Below the pieces are notes generated by a model. It made no database searches. It was not told the DNA's origin and saw only the letters and a list, made by a program, of their open reading frames with translations. From positions 1 to 64,000 of the forward strand of contig BAAIJX010000079.1 in NCBI GenBank assembly GCA_054600435.1: DNA of 64,000 bases, read 5' to 3'. Both the position numbers and the translations under genes were made by a program. Of this stretch, positions 1 through 13,679 are shown piece after piece. The DNA is from Neophaeotheca triangularis (taxonomy: Eukaryota). Every line of letters starts with the position of its first letter. Within the stretch, counting starts at the first letter, position 1.

Positions 1-1557
1 GGCGTAGCCTTTGCGGACGGCGTTTTTGATGGCGATCATGCTACCGTTTTTGCTCATCTGTTGGGGGCACAAGTGGTGTTAAAAACTTACGGCGCACAAG
101 ACAAGAGCAGATAAATCTGATAATCGCTATACCCATAGCGACGCAGGTACTCGATGACGCGCAGACAGGCCTGGCGGTAAGCGATGGTTGTGTCGAGGTA
201 GTGCTGCGTGCCAAGTTCATCCACGCTGAAGCCCTCGAAACAGACGTAGTCGCCGGGACCGAAGGAGGGCTCGCTGTAAGAAGGATGTGTCAGCGGGAAA
301 TTTCATCAGCAGCGCGGCAGAAAGGGGGCTTACACCGGGCCGGGAACGTAGATCGGTGACTTCATGCCCAGCTGCTCTTGTCCGCCTTTCATAACGCTGA
401 AGTTGATGGTGATGCAGCCTGCCATTTCAATGGCGCCGCAGAAGGAAATCTCGCCGTCGCCTTGCGAAAAGTGCAAGTCGCCGACGCTGAATTTCGCTCC
501 CTTGACGTGGACGGGGAGGTACACCTTGCTGCCGCGGCTGAGGTTCTTGACTACATGTGGGTTAGACTTGTCGGGTCATGTAATAGTAGTGGGACCATGC
601 ACGCACTGTCGCAGTTGCCCCCGTGCTCAGGTCTGCCTGGTATGGTTCTCGCACCCTCCTTGCCTACTTTGTCGGTGACGTCTTGGGAGGCACTACCGCC
701 GGCGTGTACGTTCTTGGGCTCGGGGGGCTTGGCGACGTCGCGGTCCATGTGCGAGCAGTCTTTGATCAGTTGGCCCTCGCGGGTATTCCAGGTGTTGAGG
801 ATGTCGGCCGAGGGTGCGCAGCCTAGGATACCTGGGTGGATGAGGCTGTAGGGGGGGAAAGAGGGTTTTTGAGGTTAGTTTGGGTTGAGGGTGTGGCCGT
901 TGTGTGTTGGCAGACTCACCCAGGGAACTTGACTCCTGGGATGTGGCGCGATGAGCAGTAGATGCCCTCGAAGTCCCAGATGGCTTTGGCTCTGCGAGAG
1001 AAGCGTCAGTCGATATCATCCGCGACGACGATTTCGACCTTCTTTCACTCACGGCTTGGGGTATATCTCATCCAAGAAGCCGCCTCCATTGCTCTTGGGG
1101 AAGATTCCAGTAAAGCCCCATGGCTGTTCCTGCAACGGCTGCACGTCTTGGATGTGAACTACAAGCACGTCTCCCGGCTCTGCCGTCTCAATGTCAAAGG
1201 GCCCGGTCAGGTAGTGGATTTTGGTCAAGTCGACATCGCGAATATCGTCGGCGGAGTCATTGTTTTTGATTTGGCCACCAGTCCAGTCGACGCATTCAAT
1301 CTTGACGGTTTCGCCGTTCTTGATGGTGCCGTAGCTGGGTACTAGATGGACAAGGTTAGGGGAAATTGGATCGGAAGGTTGCAAGGAGGCGTACTGTCGG
1401 GGTGCCATCTATTCTAAAGGGCTGTCAGCTCTATTGTGTATGTAGGTGCTTTCACAGTATAAGTCAGGTATGGATGGCTTACGTGAAGGTATGGTTCTTT
1501 GCCTGCTTCCTTGTTCAAATCCACCTTGGCGGCATACCTGAGTCCTTCTTTACCCAT
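1..1557 (-). CDS. fmdS: Formamidase (acetamidase/formamidase family), multi-exon, 3' end runs off the window
   Basis: Spliced translation MGKEGLRYAAKVDLNKEAGKEPYLH / NRWHPD / IPSYGTIKNGETVKIECVDWTGGQIKNNDSADD...GGGFLDE...HPGILGCAPS...PEHGGNCD / IKNLSRGSKVYLPVHVKGAKFSVGDLHFSQGDGEISFCGAIEMAG; GT-AG introns visible. Confidence 0.93.
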
Positions 1558-2908
1558 GTTGAGCTATTGTTCTAGCGATGCTGGGGCTGTCTTTTGTTTC
1601 CGCTGTTGCTGTTGGAGGAGGTCTGAGAGAAGCAAGTCCAGTCTTTCAAGAGAAAAGACAGGAAGAGGAATACAAAAGAGAGCAGTACTCGCCCTCAGAT
1701 ACCTACAGTACCTATCCAGCTATTCAGCCATCCACCTACCCAAGTTATCTTCCGATACGCGCGGGGCAAGGGAAGTTGATAAGAGCTCGCTGTCCACCTA
1801 ACTTAACCTAGGTTATCATCATCTTACCTAAGTTCCCGTTACCACCTTGACTAAGTTATTATTGACACGGATAGCTTGAAGAGCGAATTCGGCAGGTCGC
1901 TCTTGACGAGACGCGCCGGCCAAGTAGCCTACCTAATCATGGGCTTGAGCCGTGGATCCGCCATTGGTCGTACCTGCCTCTAGCACTTATCTCCAGTAGT
2001 AGCAGTACCTACCTGGGTACGTTGAAACTAGGCAGGTACGTGGACTCCTATCCCCGCCTGATGCTGTCACTGTCTCTGTCACTTCGGAGCTCGAGCTTGA
2101 GGGGGCCCGGGCGTCAATAATGTCGGCTGCGGGGCTGTTGATAACGATAACGATAACGATAGCCAGGCACGAAGTGGAGAGCTTCAACTCGCCGTGGTGG
2201 GGCTGCGAAGCGAAGTCGCTCTCGAAATGTTCAGATAGACCGCGATAGTGATAGTCCTAGTAATCGATGGATGATTGATAAGTCTTTGACTAAACGAAGA
2301 GTGAGGCATATCTGGATGCCATTGGCATTGTCGTCCAAAGTAGATGCCCGAGGAGGTTGTGGGAGCTTCATGTACTGTAGTCAGCGGACCTTAGCCTTTA
2401 TATATAGGTAGGTAGCTTTCGCCTATACTTGTTCAACCTTGATGGGGGAGGCCCATTAGTCTCGGAGGCGAGATCGAGGATGACGGACTAAGGTAGGTAG
2501 TTATAGTTGCGCATCATTCCGAACCTTCTTCCAATCATTCCTGATACACGAGCGATGTTCGAATTGCTAGGGTACGTTCTACACGAAGAGGGACTCCGAA
2601 CGTCGTGGTTAGAGCAGTGGTTCTAAGAAGGGTCCCAGCGTAGTGTGCGGCATTGACGAGTGCACGGCAGTCTTAGCCTCTGATGTCGAGGTCAACGAGC
2701 ACAACTCCAGTATTGTCGAGGCAAAAGACGATGTGGAATTCACGAGGAGGAGGGTATCGGTGTTGGCTCGCGGCGGCGATGATTAATGAGAACAGAACGT
2801 GGCAAGGGCAATCTGTTATCAGTAGGCGACAACACAGTAGACGGCAGAGAATTGAACCAGCCCCACGACGAATATTGCTCTGATCAACTCTTTAAGCTCC
2901 CACGATCC

Positions 2909-4561
2909 TCAACCCTTGTTTCTTCCATCAATCACCCTCATCACATCATCCACATTGTTGCCATCCCCCTTCCTCTTCTTGCCCTTGCGCTTCTTCTTTC
3001 CGTCGCCCTTCTTCCCTTGATCGCCATCTTCGTCTCCCTCATCATCACCTCCTTTCCCACCCGTCCACTTGGATAGTTTGATGTTCGGATCGTCCTCGTC
3101 ATCGTCAAAACGTCCTCCTCCAAAGCCCATGTCCATATCTTCATAATCGCGATCTTGATTGGAAAGCATCTCCTTGTGACGCTTCTCCCGCGCAAGACGA
3201 ATCTCGCGCGCTTCTGATGTCTCGTCGTCGTCTTCATCTTCCTCGGCATCTTCTGTATTGAGAGGTCGCATGCTGGCTGCTTTCTTGAGTATATTTGTAA
3301 TGTCTGCTTGTCCGGCGAATGGGTCTACATCTTCTTTCGTGGCTGTAGTGGTCCCGAAGTAGTTGCGTGGAACTGCATGTTTGGATGGTGTTGCGTCTGT
3401 AGCGGCAGTTGCACCTTCTTCTGTCGCAGCAGAGTCGTCGTTCCCGTCTCGCTTTGATCCAGACTTTTCACCCTCATCGTCGCTGGAATCATCCGAATCA
3501 CCTATGCCTTCGAACGGATCGTAATCGCCAACACCCTCGAAAATATCACTCCCTCCATCTTCCTCTTCTTCCACCGGATTTGGCTTGGACAGCTCCGGTA
3601 TCTTAACATCAGCGCCTAGCACAGGCTTTTTCGGATCGAGCTCAGGAATGGTGGTCTGGCCAGGCTTCTTGATCATCCTCTTCTCCTTTCCGTCCTTGTC
3701 TATCACAATCAGCACTTCCCTACCTTTGCGATCAATCTCAGTGCGCGTCTTTTCCTTCTTTCCCTCATCGATGCGCCTCCATTTCGACTTATCGAGGACA
3801 GGCGCAGCTTTCGCTTCGGCAGCAGCAGCTCTTTGCGCCTTGAAGTCCTTTAAAATGTCAGCTCTCGACCTCTTGACACCTGCAACCGGAGGCGGAGGCA
3901 TCGACGTTGTAGGTTTTGCGCCTTTCTTCTCCAATCGCTCCCTCTCCACAGCCTTGACCTCCTTTTCAGCCATCTTGTCCAGTTCCTCCTCGTCGTCGAC
4001 ACCAGGCTCGGCATTCTCTTCCTCAACATCCTCCTTCTTCCTCTGCCCACCACCGCCCATGACATCCTCTCCTCTCCTCACCCTCGCCAATAACTGCCGA
4101 TCAAGCCCCTTGACCAAATGCGTACTCCCCACATCCCCACCCGTAATCTCATCCCTCAAACTCGCAAAAAGCTCGGGCTCAATTTGCCCCAACTTCATCT
4201 GCTCCTCAAGAGCCTTGATCCTCTCCTCCTTATCATCATCCTTCTCAGCCTCCTGACGCGCCTTTGCGCGGTCAGTGTAGCCAAGCCCAAGCTTCGAGCC
4301 CTTCGGCGCGGCCGTCGATTTGAACTTCTTCTTGCCGACTTGGGTTGGGACGAGCGATGAAGCGCGTTGTTCGCGCGCTTGACGGGCAAAATCTACACCT
4401 CCGGTTGTGCTGCCTCTGACGGTTCGGGGGGTCATGCCGCCAAAGTTGGATCGCTTTCCGCCCAAGGCTGAGGATTTTGGAGTGGAGGATACGGCGGCAT
4501 CTTCCGGTTTTCGCGCGTTGTTGCCTGCTAGAAGGCTTTTGCGGAACTCCTCGTTATTCAT
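2909..4561 (-). CDS. RED-like (IK cytokine/RED N-terminal domain) spliceosome-associated protein
   Basis: 550-aa intronless ORF; MNNEEFRKSLL start, GYTDRAKAR and GGDVGSTHLVKGLDRQLL match the RED_N motifs; basic C-terminal tail. Confidence 0.85.
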   Translation of the reverse strand: MNNEEFRKSLLAGNNARKPEDAAVSSTPKSSALGGKRSNFGGMTPRTVRGSTTGGVDFARQAREQRASSLVPTQVGKKKFKSTAAPKGSKLGLGYTDRAKARQEAEKDDDKEERIKALEEQMKLGQIEPELFASLRDEITGGDVGSTHLVKGLDRQLLARVRRGEDVMGGGGQRKKEDVEEENAEPGVDDEEELDKMAEKEVKAVERERLEKKGAKPTTSMPPPPVAGVKRSRADILKDFKAQRAAAAEAKAAPVLDKSKWRRIDEGKKEKTRTEIDRKGREVLIVIDKDGKEKRMIKKPGQTTIPELDPKKPVLGADVKIPELSKPNPVEEEEDGGSDIFEGVGDYDPFEGIGDSDDSSDDEGEKSGSKRDGNDDSAATEEGATAATDATPSKHAVPRNYFGTTTATKEDVDPFAGQADITNILKKAASMRPLNTEDAEEDEDDDETSEAREIRLAREKRHKEMLSNQDRDYEDMDMGFGGGRFDDDEDDPNIKLSKWTGGKGGDDEGDEDGDQGKKGDGKKKRKGKKRKGDGNNVDDVMRVIDGRNKG

Positions 4562-4997
4562 GGTGTCGAAGATGGGCCGTTTCTGCCTCAGTGGGTGAAA
4601 TGTAGAAGAAGTTCAAAAGAGGAAGCTTTGGGGGAGGCAGCAGCTACGCAAGATCTTATCTTATCTTATCTTATTTTAGCGTTCGTGTTCCGCGGAATCC
4701 GCATCTGGTGGAGGCGGAGTCGATGACGGGACATGTGACTACAAGCGACGGGAACCATGGTCAGCACTCTTTCTGACCTACTAGGCGGCAGTGACCTACC
4801 CAACCATGCTATCAATAATGTAAGAGACTAGACGCCAACTAAACATCAAGGACGCAATTCCAAAAACTTCCCTACCTTGACGGACAGACCACGAAGAGGT
4901 GCATTGTCGCACTCTCCCGCCACGCGACCTTGTCCGACACCAATAGATGCAGTATCTCTAAACCCACGAGCGCATCATCCCCCTACATACGCGCGAC

Positions 4998-6527
4998 ATG
5001 CGCACTCTCGCTGTCCTACCGGCAGCACTGCTAGCCCTCGTAACACCCATTCTCGCGCATCGAGATGTCAGCGACAGTAATAGCGACACTAGTCCACCGG
5101 ACGGCCTCAGGATCGACACCACTCGCGCGGTGAAATGCTCTCACCCGTCCGAGAATGGCGACAAGATTTCCATGAACTACATTGGCACGTTACAGTCGAC
5201 CGGCGAGGAATTTGACCAGTCGTACAAGCGCGGAAAGCCGTTTCAATTCGTGCTGGGGAGTGGCATGGTGATCAAAGGGTGGGAGCTGGGACTGCTAGAC
5301 ATGTGTCCGGGGGAGAAGAGGACGTTGACGATACCCCCGGAACTGGCGTACGGTGAGCGAGGCGTGGGCGCGATACCTGGCAGGAGCACTCTAATTTTCG
5401 AAACGGAAATGATGGAGATTGTAGGCGTGGAGCAGGAGAGCGTGAGCGCTGTAACCGCGACAGCACCCACCACGGCTACAGGAGGCTTTACCATAGCCAC
5501 AGCTCCCAACACACCACCCGAAAAACAACTACCGACCACCACCATCCCGGCAACCCCGACCTCCACCGCGTTCCCCATGGACCCCGCCCCTGCAAACGGT
5601 GAATGCCGCCTCCTAGGCCCTTTCGCGCTCCTCGTCCAGGCCGCTTTGGGAGCAGTAGCCATACTCTCCCTAATAATAAAACGCTACCGCGAGCGGCCCA
5701 AACGACCCTGGAAAATCTTCACCTTCGACGTCAGCAAGCAAGTCCTGGGCTCAATGCTGCTCCACATCCTCAACCTAGCCCTAAGCATGATCTCCTCAAG
5801 CAGCAGCCTGGACAGCGCAGCCGCAGCGGCGCAAAAACAAGATCAAGTCAACGCCGAAGAGGGCGGCGAGCGCCCCAACCCCTGCTCCTACTACATGCTC
5901 AACCTAGGTCTGGACACCACCGTCGGCATCCCCATCCTCTACGTCCTGTTGCGGATAATCCACGGCCTGGCGGTGCGCACGCCCCTCGCCAACCCCCCCG
6001 AATCCATCCAGAGCGGCTACTACGGCCAGACCTCCCCGACATCCTCCCAAGGCACCCGCTTCACCTGGTACCTCAAACAATGCCTGCTCTACTTCATCGG
6101 CCTCGTGGGAATGAAATTCAGCGTCTTCTTCCTGCTGCAGCTCCTCCCCTGGTTGCCGTGGGTGGGCGACTGGGCGCTGCGGTGGACCGAGGGCAATGAG
6201 GCGTTGCAGATTGCCTTTGTCATGTTTGTCTTCCCGCTCTGTATGAATGTGTTTCAGTATTGGGTTATTGATTCTTTTATCAAGAAGAGGGGCGGGGAGA
6301 GGGAAGGGTATGAGCGGGTTGGACAGGATAGTGAGGGGGATGAGGAGAGTAGGGGGAGGAGCGGGAGCGGGAGCGGGAGTGGGAGTGGGAGTGTTAGTGG
6401 TGGGGAGAGTGAGACTATTGTTGCTGAGGATGGGGGTTTGAAGGAGGCGGGTGCGACGGTTGGGAGTGGGGTTGAGAGGGCCAAGAGCCCGGTTGTGCGG
6501 GAAGAGGAGGGGCGGGGGAGGGATTGA
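4998..6527 (+). CDS. Signal peptide + FKBP-type PPIase domain fused to STIMATE/YPL162C-family multi-pass membrane domain
   Basis: 509-aa ORF; hydrophobic N-terminus; FKBP motifs [56 protein letters not shown]; then [16 protein letters not shown]...[21 protein letters not shown]...[15 protein letters not shown]...[13 protein letters not shown]. Confidence 0.85.
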   Translation: MRTLAVLPAALLALVTPILAHRDVSDSNSDTSPPDGLRIDTTRAVKCSHPSENGDKISMNYIGTLQSTGEEFDQSYKRGKPFQFVLGSGMVIKGWELGLLDMCPGEKRTLTIPPELAYGERGVGAIPGRSTLIFETEMMEIVGVEQESVSAVTATAPTTATGGFTIATAPNTPPEKQLPTTTIPATPTSTAFPMDPAPANGECRLLGPFALLVQAALGAVAILSLIIKRYRERPKRPWKIFTFDVSKQVLGSMLLHILNLALSMISSSSSLDSAAAAAQKQDQVNAEEGGERPNPCSYYMLNLGLDTTVGIPILYVLLRIIHGLAVRTPLANPPESIQSGYYGQTSPTSSQGTRFTWYLKQCLLYFIGLVGMKFSVFFLLQLLPWLPWVGDWALRWTEGNEALQIAFVMFVFPLCMNVFQYWVIDSFIKKRGGEREGYERVGQDSEGDEESRGRSGSGSGSGSGSVSGGESETIVAEDGGLKEAGATVGSGVERAKSPVVREEEGRGRD

Positions 6528-7125
6528 GTGTGGTGGTGTTGATGATTACGAGACAGCCTGTCGGCTATGTGGATATTATTTGGATACGAGACTCATGCTG
6601 CGCTTTGAAATCTTCAGTCCCCTCGGCTTCTCGGTTCGTGCCGCCTGCTCGTGCCAGTCTTGTGTACTCGGCGCCGTCAAGGCTGGATGGACACAAACCA
6701 CGGCGAGGTTGATGCCCTCGTCGGTGGCGTGGCTGATTGCAGCATCGTGATGGTCGGTAGAATTGGGGCCCACGACATTGCCGCGAAGACTGACCTCCCT
6801 TCCTCGCTGCTTACCGAACTTTAAGGAAAGCCAACGCTCCTCGTCCACTTGTCGAAAGCAAGTCAGAGACCAATAATCTCCATTGCCGTCCTCCTCTGTG
6901 AAACTTCAAGATAGCCTCTCCGGGAACTCACCTGGATAGCTCTCCACCAACGCGCCTCCGATCGCCATTTGCCGGCCATGTGGCAGGCCAGAGGAAGGTA
7001 CAACGTCGATCATACCCTCGTCGCGAGACATTGTACTCTCCACTTACCACGTAGACCCCCTGTGCCAGCATCTTCTTCCGCCGCGTTGGTAATTCTTGGA
7101 AATCTGATCCATACCACAGCCACAA

Positions 7126-8457
7126 TTAAGCGCTAGCAACCTTGAGCACCGCCCTCCCGGGCAGCTTCCCCTCTCCCAACATCTTGCAAAATTTATCAAC
7201 ATCCGCGAGCGTCCCCTTGGTCAAAATCGGCTTCACGATACCTCTGGCGGTGAAATCCAAAGCCTCCTCGACCTCCTGGATACTCGCAAAGTCAGTAAAC
7301 ACCTTCCTGCCAAGCCCAGCCACTTGCATCGGAGCAAAGGACTTACCTTCAGCGTTCCCGTAACGCTGCCAACGACGTTCAACCTCCTCATAGCCAGTAA
7401 GCCTGGCGGCGCGCCGGCTATCACGTCTGGTTCCCTGGGAATGCCAACTGCCACCATGGTGCCGCCTGGCCGCAGCAGGAGGGGGCCTGTAGCGTAGCTG
7501 GCGCGAGAGGCTGAGAAAACGATAACGCCGTGAGCCCCGTAAGTCGTGAGTTTCAGCACTTCAGCGGGCAGGTCCTCGGTTTTCTTGAAATCAAGAAAGT
7601 GCTCGGCACCGAGAGAGGTGCAGAGGGCGGCTTTGTCGGCGCCGCTATCGATAGCGATGATGCGCATGCCCTGGAGGGCGACTGTCAGTGGGGCTCATTG
7701 CTCGCGCTCGTCTTAGAAGGGGGCTTTGCGACGAACCATGGCTTTGGCATACTGCACGGCGAAATGACCCAACCCCCCTCCCGCTCCGAACACCACTAAC
7801 CATTGCCCCGCCCTCACTGCGCTACGCTTGCAAGCAACATACCCGGTCACGCCACCACACATGATGGGACCGGCTTGCTCGTCACTAACGCCGTCAGGAA
7901 TTCTAGTAGCGTACCTACCGTCCGTCATACAGTACTCCTGAAAAGTGCCGGGAGTCGTGAGACCGCTATTGAGCTGCTTAGGACAGTGCAGCTCGTCGGT
8001 GCCATTGGTGCAGAACTCGCACTCGTGGCAGATTTGAGCGCACCACTTGACGCCAGCGCGGTCGCCGAGGTTCCAGAGGTGCGAGACGGACGGGTGTACG
8101 GCGACGACTGTGCCGGCGCCTTCGTGGCCGCCGATGCCGTTGGTGGAGGGCTGGAGGCTGGTGCCGTAGGCTGAGAGTCTGGGATCGGGGTTACATGCTG
8201 TGTTTTAGGACGGGGTCAAGGGGGTGTAGTACTCGTCGTAGATGATGCCTTTGTCGCTGGCGCAGATGCCGGTCCAGTTGATTTTGACCTATTAGGTCGT
8301 TAGTCGCTAGGATTCAACGTATGCGGACTTAGTATTAGTTTACGAGAATTTGACCCGGGCCAGGTTCTTGGTTGACTTTGACTCGGGTCACGGGGACGGT
8401 GATTTCATTGCCGGTGCCTTGCTTGACGGCGGCGTTTTGCTCGGTGGGGAGACCCAT
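7126..8457 (-). CDS. Zinc-dependent alcohol dehydrogenase (MDR family), multi-exon
   Basis: GHEGAG motif, structural Zn cysteines C-HE-C-EF-C-x8-C, GPIMCGGVT, Rossmann GAGGGLGH; ATG at 8457, stop at 7126, several GT-AG introns. Confidence 0.92.
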
Positions 8458-9453
8458 GTTATAGACTTTCCGGTCGAGGCGTCTGAGTCTTTGGGGTTTT
8501 TGTGGTGGAAGACTCTCATCTTGAGACTGTTCCTTTCAGCTCCTTTTATGCATATCTTAGCTGACACGGAGCTCACGACCCCGCAACATGGCATGCAGGC
8601 AGGCGTCCAGTCTATCCTCGGGTCATCTGCTGACTGGAGAAGCGAAAGCGGTAGGCGATGTGCGTCCAGACTGCCAATACATGCTCGCTGTCTGCTCCCC
8701 TCAGCTCGCTGCAATCGGCTCAGTTAATACCTTCACCGAGCAACGCCAGTGGCTGGGTGGGTATCGACGAGGGCATCGCAAGCGTCGGCGTGTCCGGTCA
8801 TGGAATCCTTCGACATGGTCTCAGCTCCCTGCACGGATGGTAAGAAGTAAGAAGATGATGGTAAGACACCTCAGGTTGCAGATGCAAAGAAGAAGAAAGG
8901 AAGACGGAACAGGCAGCGAAGCAGTCATCAGTCGTTTGTGAGGGCCTCCAGCTGCTACTTGACAAAAAGTGGGTCTTTCTAGAAACAGGGGTGAATTCAT
9001 ATACAAAGTTGCACATCACCTTGCTCCTTCCTCACCCATCGTGTTTCATTTGTCTTTCCATATGCACTAATTACGATTAGAGCTATACATGCGCTCCGAA
9101 CTGAACATGCTCGTATCGCTCTCGGCACGCAAACCTCAAAGCCCAAAGCGTCAGTGCCCGCGGACAGAGGCAAGCCGCAACCGTGACCGCCGCCCCCCTA
9201 CCCAACAGTCTTCCGATCAAAAGCACCTCTAGGACAGCCATATGACCCCAAATCCACCGCCCTACTGCCACGAGAAAAGAGAAAAGAAAATGAACCCTCA
9301 ACCCTCTCAACCAAAAGCACACTCATTCACAATGACAGTGACATGCTCCACCACAACCGTAATCCCCTCTCGCAAACCTGTTCCCAGTGGCACATCTTCC
9401 ATTCCCAACCCCTGAAATTCCGCAGTAGGAAGCCCAAACCGCCGACACCCTAG

Positions 9454-11362
9454 CTAAGAGCACCCGCCGGGCTTCCCCTGCGTCACGGCCGTCAGAGTCT
9501 TGAAATCCCCCCAAGAAGGAAAAGCGCCTTCGTCGGCAGCGGGCTCGACTTCGGCCGTCGCGATGCTGATTTCCAGGTTCCCGACGGCAGAGGGGGGAAT
9601 GATGGAATTGTCGAACTGCAAGCATGTTAGTGAGATAACATCGTTTGGGAGGAAGGGGAATGAGGGGCGAACTTACCATGGCCACGCGCCAGGTCAGCTG
9701 TTGTTTTAGGTATGCTTCCACGTCTGCTTCTTCTAGACAGGCGAGCTCGCCGCTGACGACTTTGTCCACGAGAGTGCTGGTTAGTGGGATGGTACCCGTG
9801 ACTATGACGTTCTTGTCGTGCGTTCGTATTGCATTCCACGGTGCTTGCGTGGCTTGGTCGCTGGTTAGGGCACCGAAGACTGCGTGAGTGCCCACGAGGT
9901 TTGGGGCTGTTGACCATTCGCTCGAGGTAGCGGGAGCATCTCCCATGAAGAGGTAGATGGCATAGCTGCCGTTGAGAGCGTGTTTTTGTGATAGGACGTT
10001 GGCTTGGTATTGGCGCTGTTTGCCTTGTGGGGCGGGGAGAGAACGACGGGAGAGACTGGAACTGCCAGCGCTGCTGCCATAAAGGCGGTTGATGGCACTG
10101 CGTACTGCCGAGCTGTTGGCGTTGTTGGCGAGCTCCGGGTAAGTGTAGCCGAATGTGTCGGTACGGCGGGCGGTGCGCGAGGTGTAGAAATTACCGTCTG
10201 TATCGCTGTGGAAGGGTTGAAGTGGTGTGTCGACATCCAGGATGGTGCCTTCGGGGATGGTGAAGGTGTTCTGGAGTGCTGGCAGGGGATCGACGTAGCT
10301 TTCGCTGTGGAGGTTTTGAAAGAGTGCAAACACTCTGTCGATCATAGTGTGGTGAAGCCAGAAGACGGGATCGTAGGCGGAGAAGTCGAGATATGTCATG
10401 TGGCCACCACCACCTGTAACGCCGTGAATCACATCATGAAGCGATTCGACACTGTCAGGAGAGTCTGCAGAACTAGAAGTCCATGCCTCGTTGCTGAACT
10501 GGGTAAAATTCTCGAGGGATGTAAATATGTTGTACAGGCGGTCCTGAAGAGAAACGCGATTGCTGTCCAGTCCGCGCCCAATGAGCGCATTCTGGCTGCG
10601 AGCATCTCCTCCTTGAGTCGTGGGAGAACGCAAGGTTTGGTTCCAGCTGCCAAACGTGTCAAAGTAGAAGTCCGTTCTGCTGACCGGGTGAAAGCGATAG
10701 GCGAAAAGGGGGTTGTCGATTGTTTGAGTACCATTCGGCATCTCCACATCAATCCTCTCGATCTGTAAAGCCTGGGGGTATACACTTCCTCCATCCGGTG
10801 GCGACGCTGCCCAGTCCCAGTAAGGCATTCGGAATGAAAGTGCGGCGCGAGCGTAGCGTGAACGAAGAGCCCCTGCTGGGAAAGCATTGACGGCATCGGT
10901 GACGTGGCGGTACAGCACTTGCTCGTACAAGGCGAGATAAGGTCTGTGCCATGGCAGGAAGAGGTTCGAAACATGCGTGCAGTATCCGGGCTCAACGATA
11001 CCAGGGGCACCCTCAACGCCATCCCAAGGAATGTACGGGCGTCCGTGAAGTCCAGCGATCTGATAGTAAGAAAGTTTGTCGTCCTGGTCAACTGCCATCA
11101 TTCTGGTGAGACCGAGCATGTATAGGTTCCATTGGTCGGCATTGTTTTGTAGTTCCCTGATTTCGAGACGAGGCTGAATGCCAAAGGTTTGAACACCGGT
11201 GATGGCGAAGGTCTCGTTGCCACTGTTCTGACGGGGGTGTAGTGAAGATTCTTCAAGCAGCTCTTCCACCATGTGTTTCATCAGAGGCGAGGCGGATGAG
11301 AAGAGCAACATGTGCAGGATGAGGAGTGTAGAGATGCATCGTACGAAGCATTGCGAGAGCAT
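9454..11362 (-). CDS. Secreted tyrosinase with C-terminal shielding domain
   Basis: CuA motif HGRP...YCTHVSNLFLPWHRPYL, RMPYWDW, CuB motif ESLHDVIH...GHM...DPVFWLHHTMIDR; intron near 9620-9676 then last exon FDNSIIPP...GKPGGCS*; start codon choice (11362 vs a downstream ATG) uncertain. Confidence 0.92.
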
Positions 11363-13679
11363 GGTTGGGCGAGTTGTCAAGGAGGGTGGTTTGATTATGC
11401 CGCGGCGCCGGTAGATGAAGGGATTGTTGGTACAAAATCAAATGGTTGAAGGTTGGCGTAGTGAAGGTGAGACCGAAGAGGCTTGCTCAAGGATGAGGTA
11501 GCCGGGTCGAGGCAATGCCGTCTCAGGCCTTTCCCAACCGCTGACTGCGTGAGGTGCTCAGTGTCCACGGGTAGGTGAATGCAAGAGGGATGACGTCGCC
11601 CTTGTGTGCCTTATACACAGGCAACCTAACCCTGGAGTTTAGGAGAGGTTCCCGTCGTCTTGCAGGCGTGTCGTATGAAGAAAACGCAAGTGCCAGCCAC
11701 AGCAGGTTGAACAGGGCAAGGAGCAACGAAGCGGACAGACACCACGAATGAAGCACTCCACTACTACCTACAGTACTTCCAGCTGGGTAGAGACGAATGA
11801 GAAAAACGAGAAAGAGAAGGAAATGCAATACTCATGCCAGGATGGATCCTTACTTAGCAAGACCACTAACCCGCCATCATTTCCATCATTTGACCCAACT
11901 GGCGCAACGACAAGCTGCAGTCTCCCGGTGAATCTACAAACCGTAGGCGGGAACACACAGCAGTTCGCTCCGCCAGCACGACTACCTACCTACCTTACCT
12001 TGCCTATTCCGGGAGTTGTTAAACGGCTACAACGACGACGATGTGGACGACTACCACCCACCTATCTTCCCTTACCTTACCTTACCTTGCTATCCTCTTG
12101 GCTGGAGATGTGCTCTTAATGGCCATGCACGCCATTTTGCGGCAGACGCTGCAGGACAAGCATCAGCCATGGCTGAGATGCATTGCATTGTTGCGTGGGT
12201 ACTGTACTCGATGGACCACCTTTCAACGTTTGGATGTCGTGAGAAGAATAAAGACGGAAAGAAAGACGTGGCGTGCAACAACGACGAACCCTGCGGCAAG
12301 GACGGATGATGTGCCCAACCTACATCCATCACAGCCAATGAAAACCCCCATCCGTGAAACCTCACCTTCTCCCCCAATTTTCACACATCCTAGCAACAAG
12401 ACGTCCCACAATCACCTCCCACCAATATAAAAACAAACACCTCTGGCCCCTCGTACAGCTGCGACGAACACCAATCCCCGTCTCCGAGCAACCTCGCACC
12501 CAATTCTCAAGTTCAGCAAGGTGAGAAAAGAAGCAATAGCGCCAGTGACACAACAGACAGCAGCTAGCCTTTGCGAGCACGAAACACCGCATATCTGCAT
12601 GCAAGCAAGCAAAAAATCCCCGAAGAGACCTACAACGCTGAAGACTGACCGCTCCTCTGCATCTGCAAGCAAAGCCCACGCCTTCTTTTACCCAGCCACG
12701 CGCCAGGCTGCTCCGTGACAAGGTGCTCGCTCTTTGACGGCAATGACACTGTAGTTCGCGCTCCCGCCCTCGCAATCCCTTGCCGCTCCTACGTGTGAGG
12801 GTGACGGTGATGGTGCGGAGTTTCCGGCCACACACGGGCGTGAGTGCGACGCCAGAGTCCCCAGCAACGGGGAAGGCACAGCTGCTGGTCTCGGTTGCTT
12901 GCTCTTTGGTGCGCTGTTGGGAGCGTGGAGACCACGCTGAGAGCACGAGGCTTGGTAGTTTGGTGAGAGGTGTCTCAGTGTTCCGAGAGAAGGGCTTTGT
13001 AGGAGTGTGCTTGTTCTAGGGAGCTGGGTTTTACAGTAGATCCCGGCAGTTAATTTCTCAGACGAAGTGCTAAAAGAAACTCCCACACCAGCCGTCGAGT
13101 AGATGGGTAGATGGGTAGATGACATGTTATGTATATAGGTCCTCGAGCCTTCGCGAAATAGCTTTCCGCGAGATTCCACATCCGAAGTCGTCGACAGTTG
13201 TGATGGTTTTCTCGAGCGACCGCCTGTCATGCCACCCATACTACCCGTGATCCTGCAGTGTCCGAGGAATAGAAGTGACGGGCACCCGAGTTTAGTAGGG
13301 TGGTGTTACTTTCGAGGCTATCTTACATCGCACGAGGGAAGGGTGGGGAAGTTTGCTGAGATTGTTGGGAGCTGAGAATCGCTTTTTCTGATCACACCCA
13401 TCCAACGAAGAGAGAAGGGATGAGAGAAAAGCAAGTCGTAGCAATCGAGGTGAATCCTCGAGATACGGATATTTAGAAATGTAAGCAAGTAGACAAAGGA
13501 AGAGAGACGTGCCCTCCCATGTAGCCGTCTATTCTACTAGTATCGGCAAAGAAACGACAAGTTCATCCCCTCATACACGACTCCCCCACCCAACCAACCC
13601 AGTTCAAATCTCATTGATGTTCACAACCCCCTTCAACATTCTCCTCACCCCCCAACCACCCTTCCCACAGCTCGGGCTC

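Noticed and set aside
9323..9676. Cys-rich C-terminus of the 685-aa tyrosinase ORF (..GGACHCHCE)
   Set aside because: Artefact of reading through an intron (GTAAGT donor near 9676, CTAAC branch, CAG acceptor); the spliced protein ends at 9454.
1..11362. Secondary-metabolite cluster (formamidase, ADH, tyrosinase)
   Set aside because: No backbone synthase, transporter or cluster regulator, and the genes are interspersed with housekeeping genes.
12420..13240. Small gene between tyrosinase and ssr4 (TATA-like at 12426, several ORFs)
   Set aside because: No coherent spliced ORF or known motif could be assembled.
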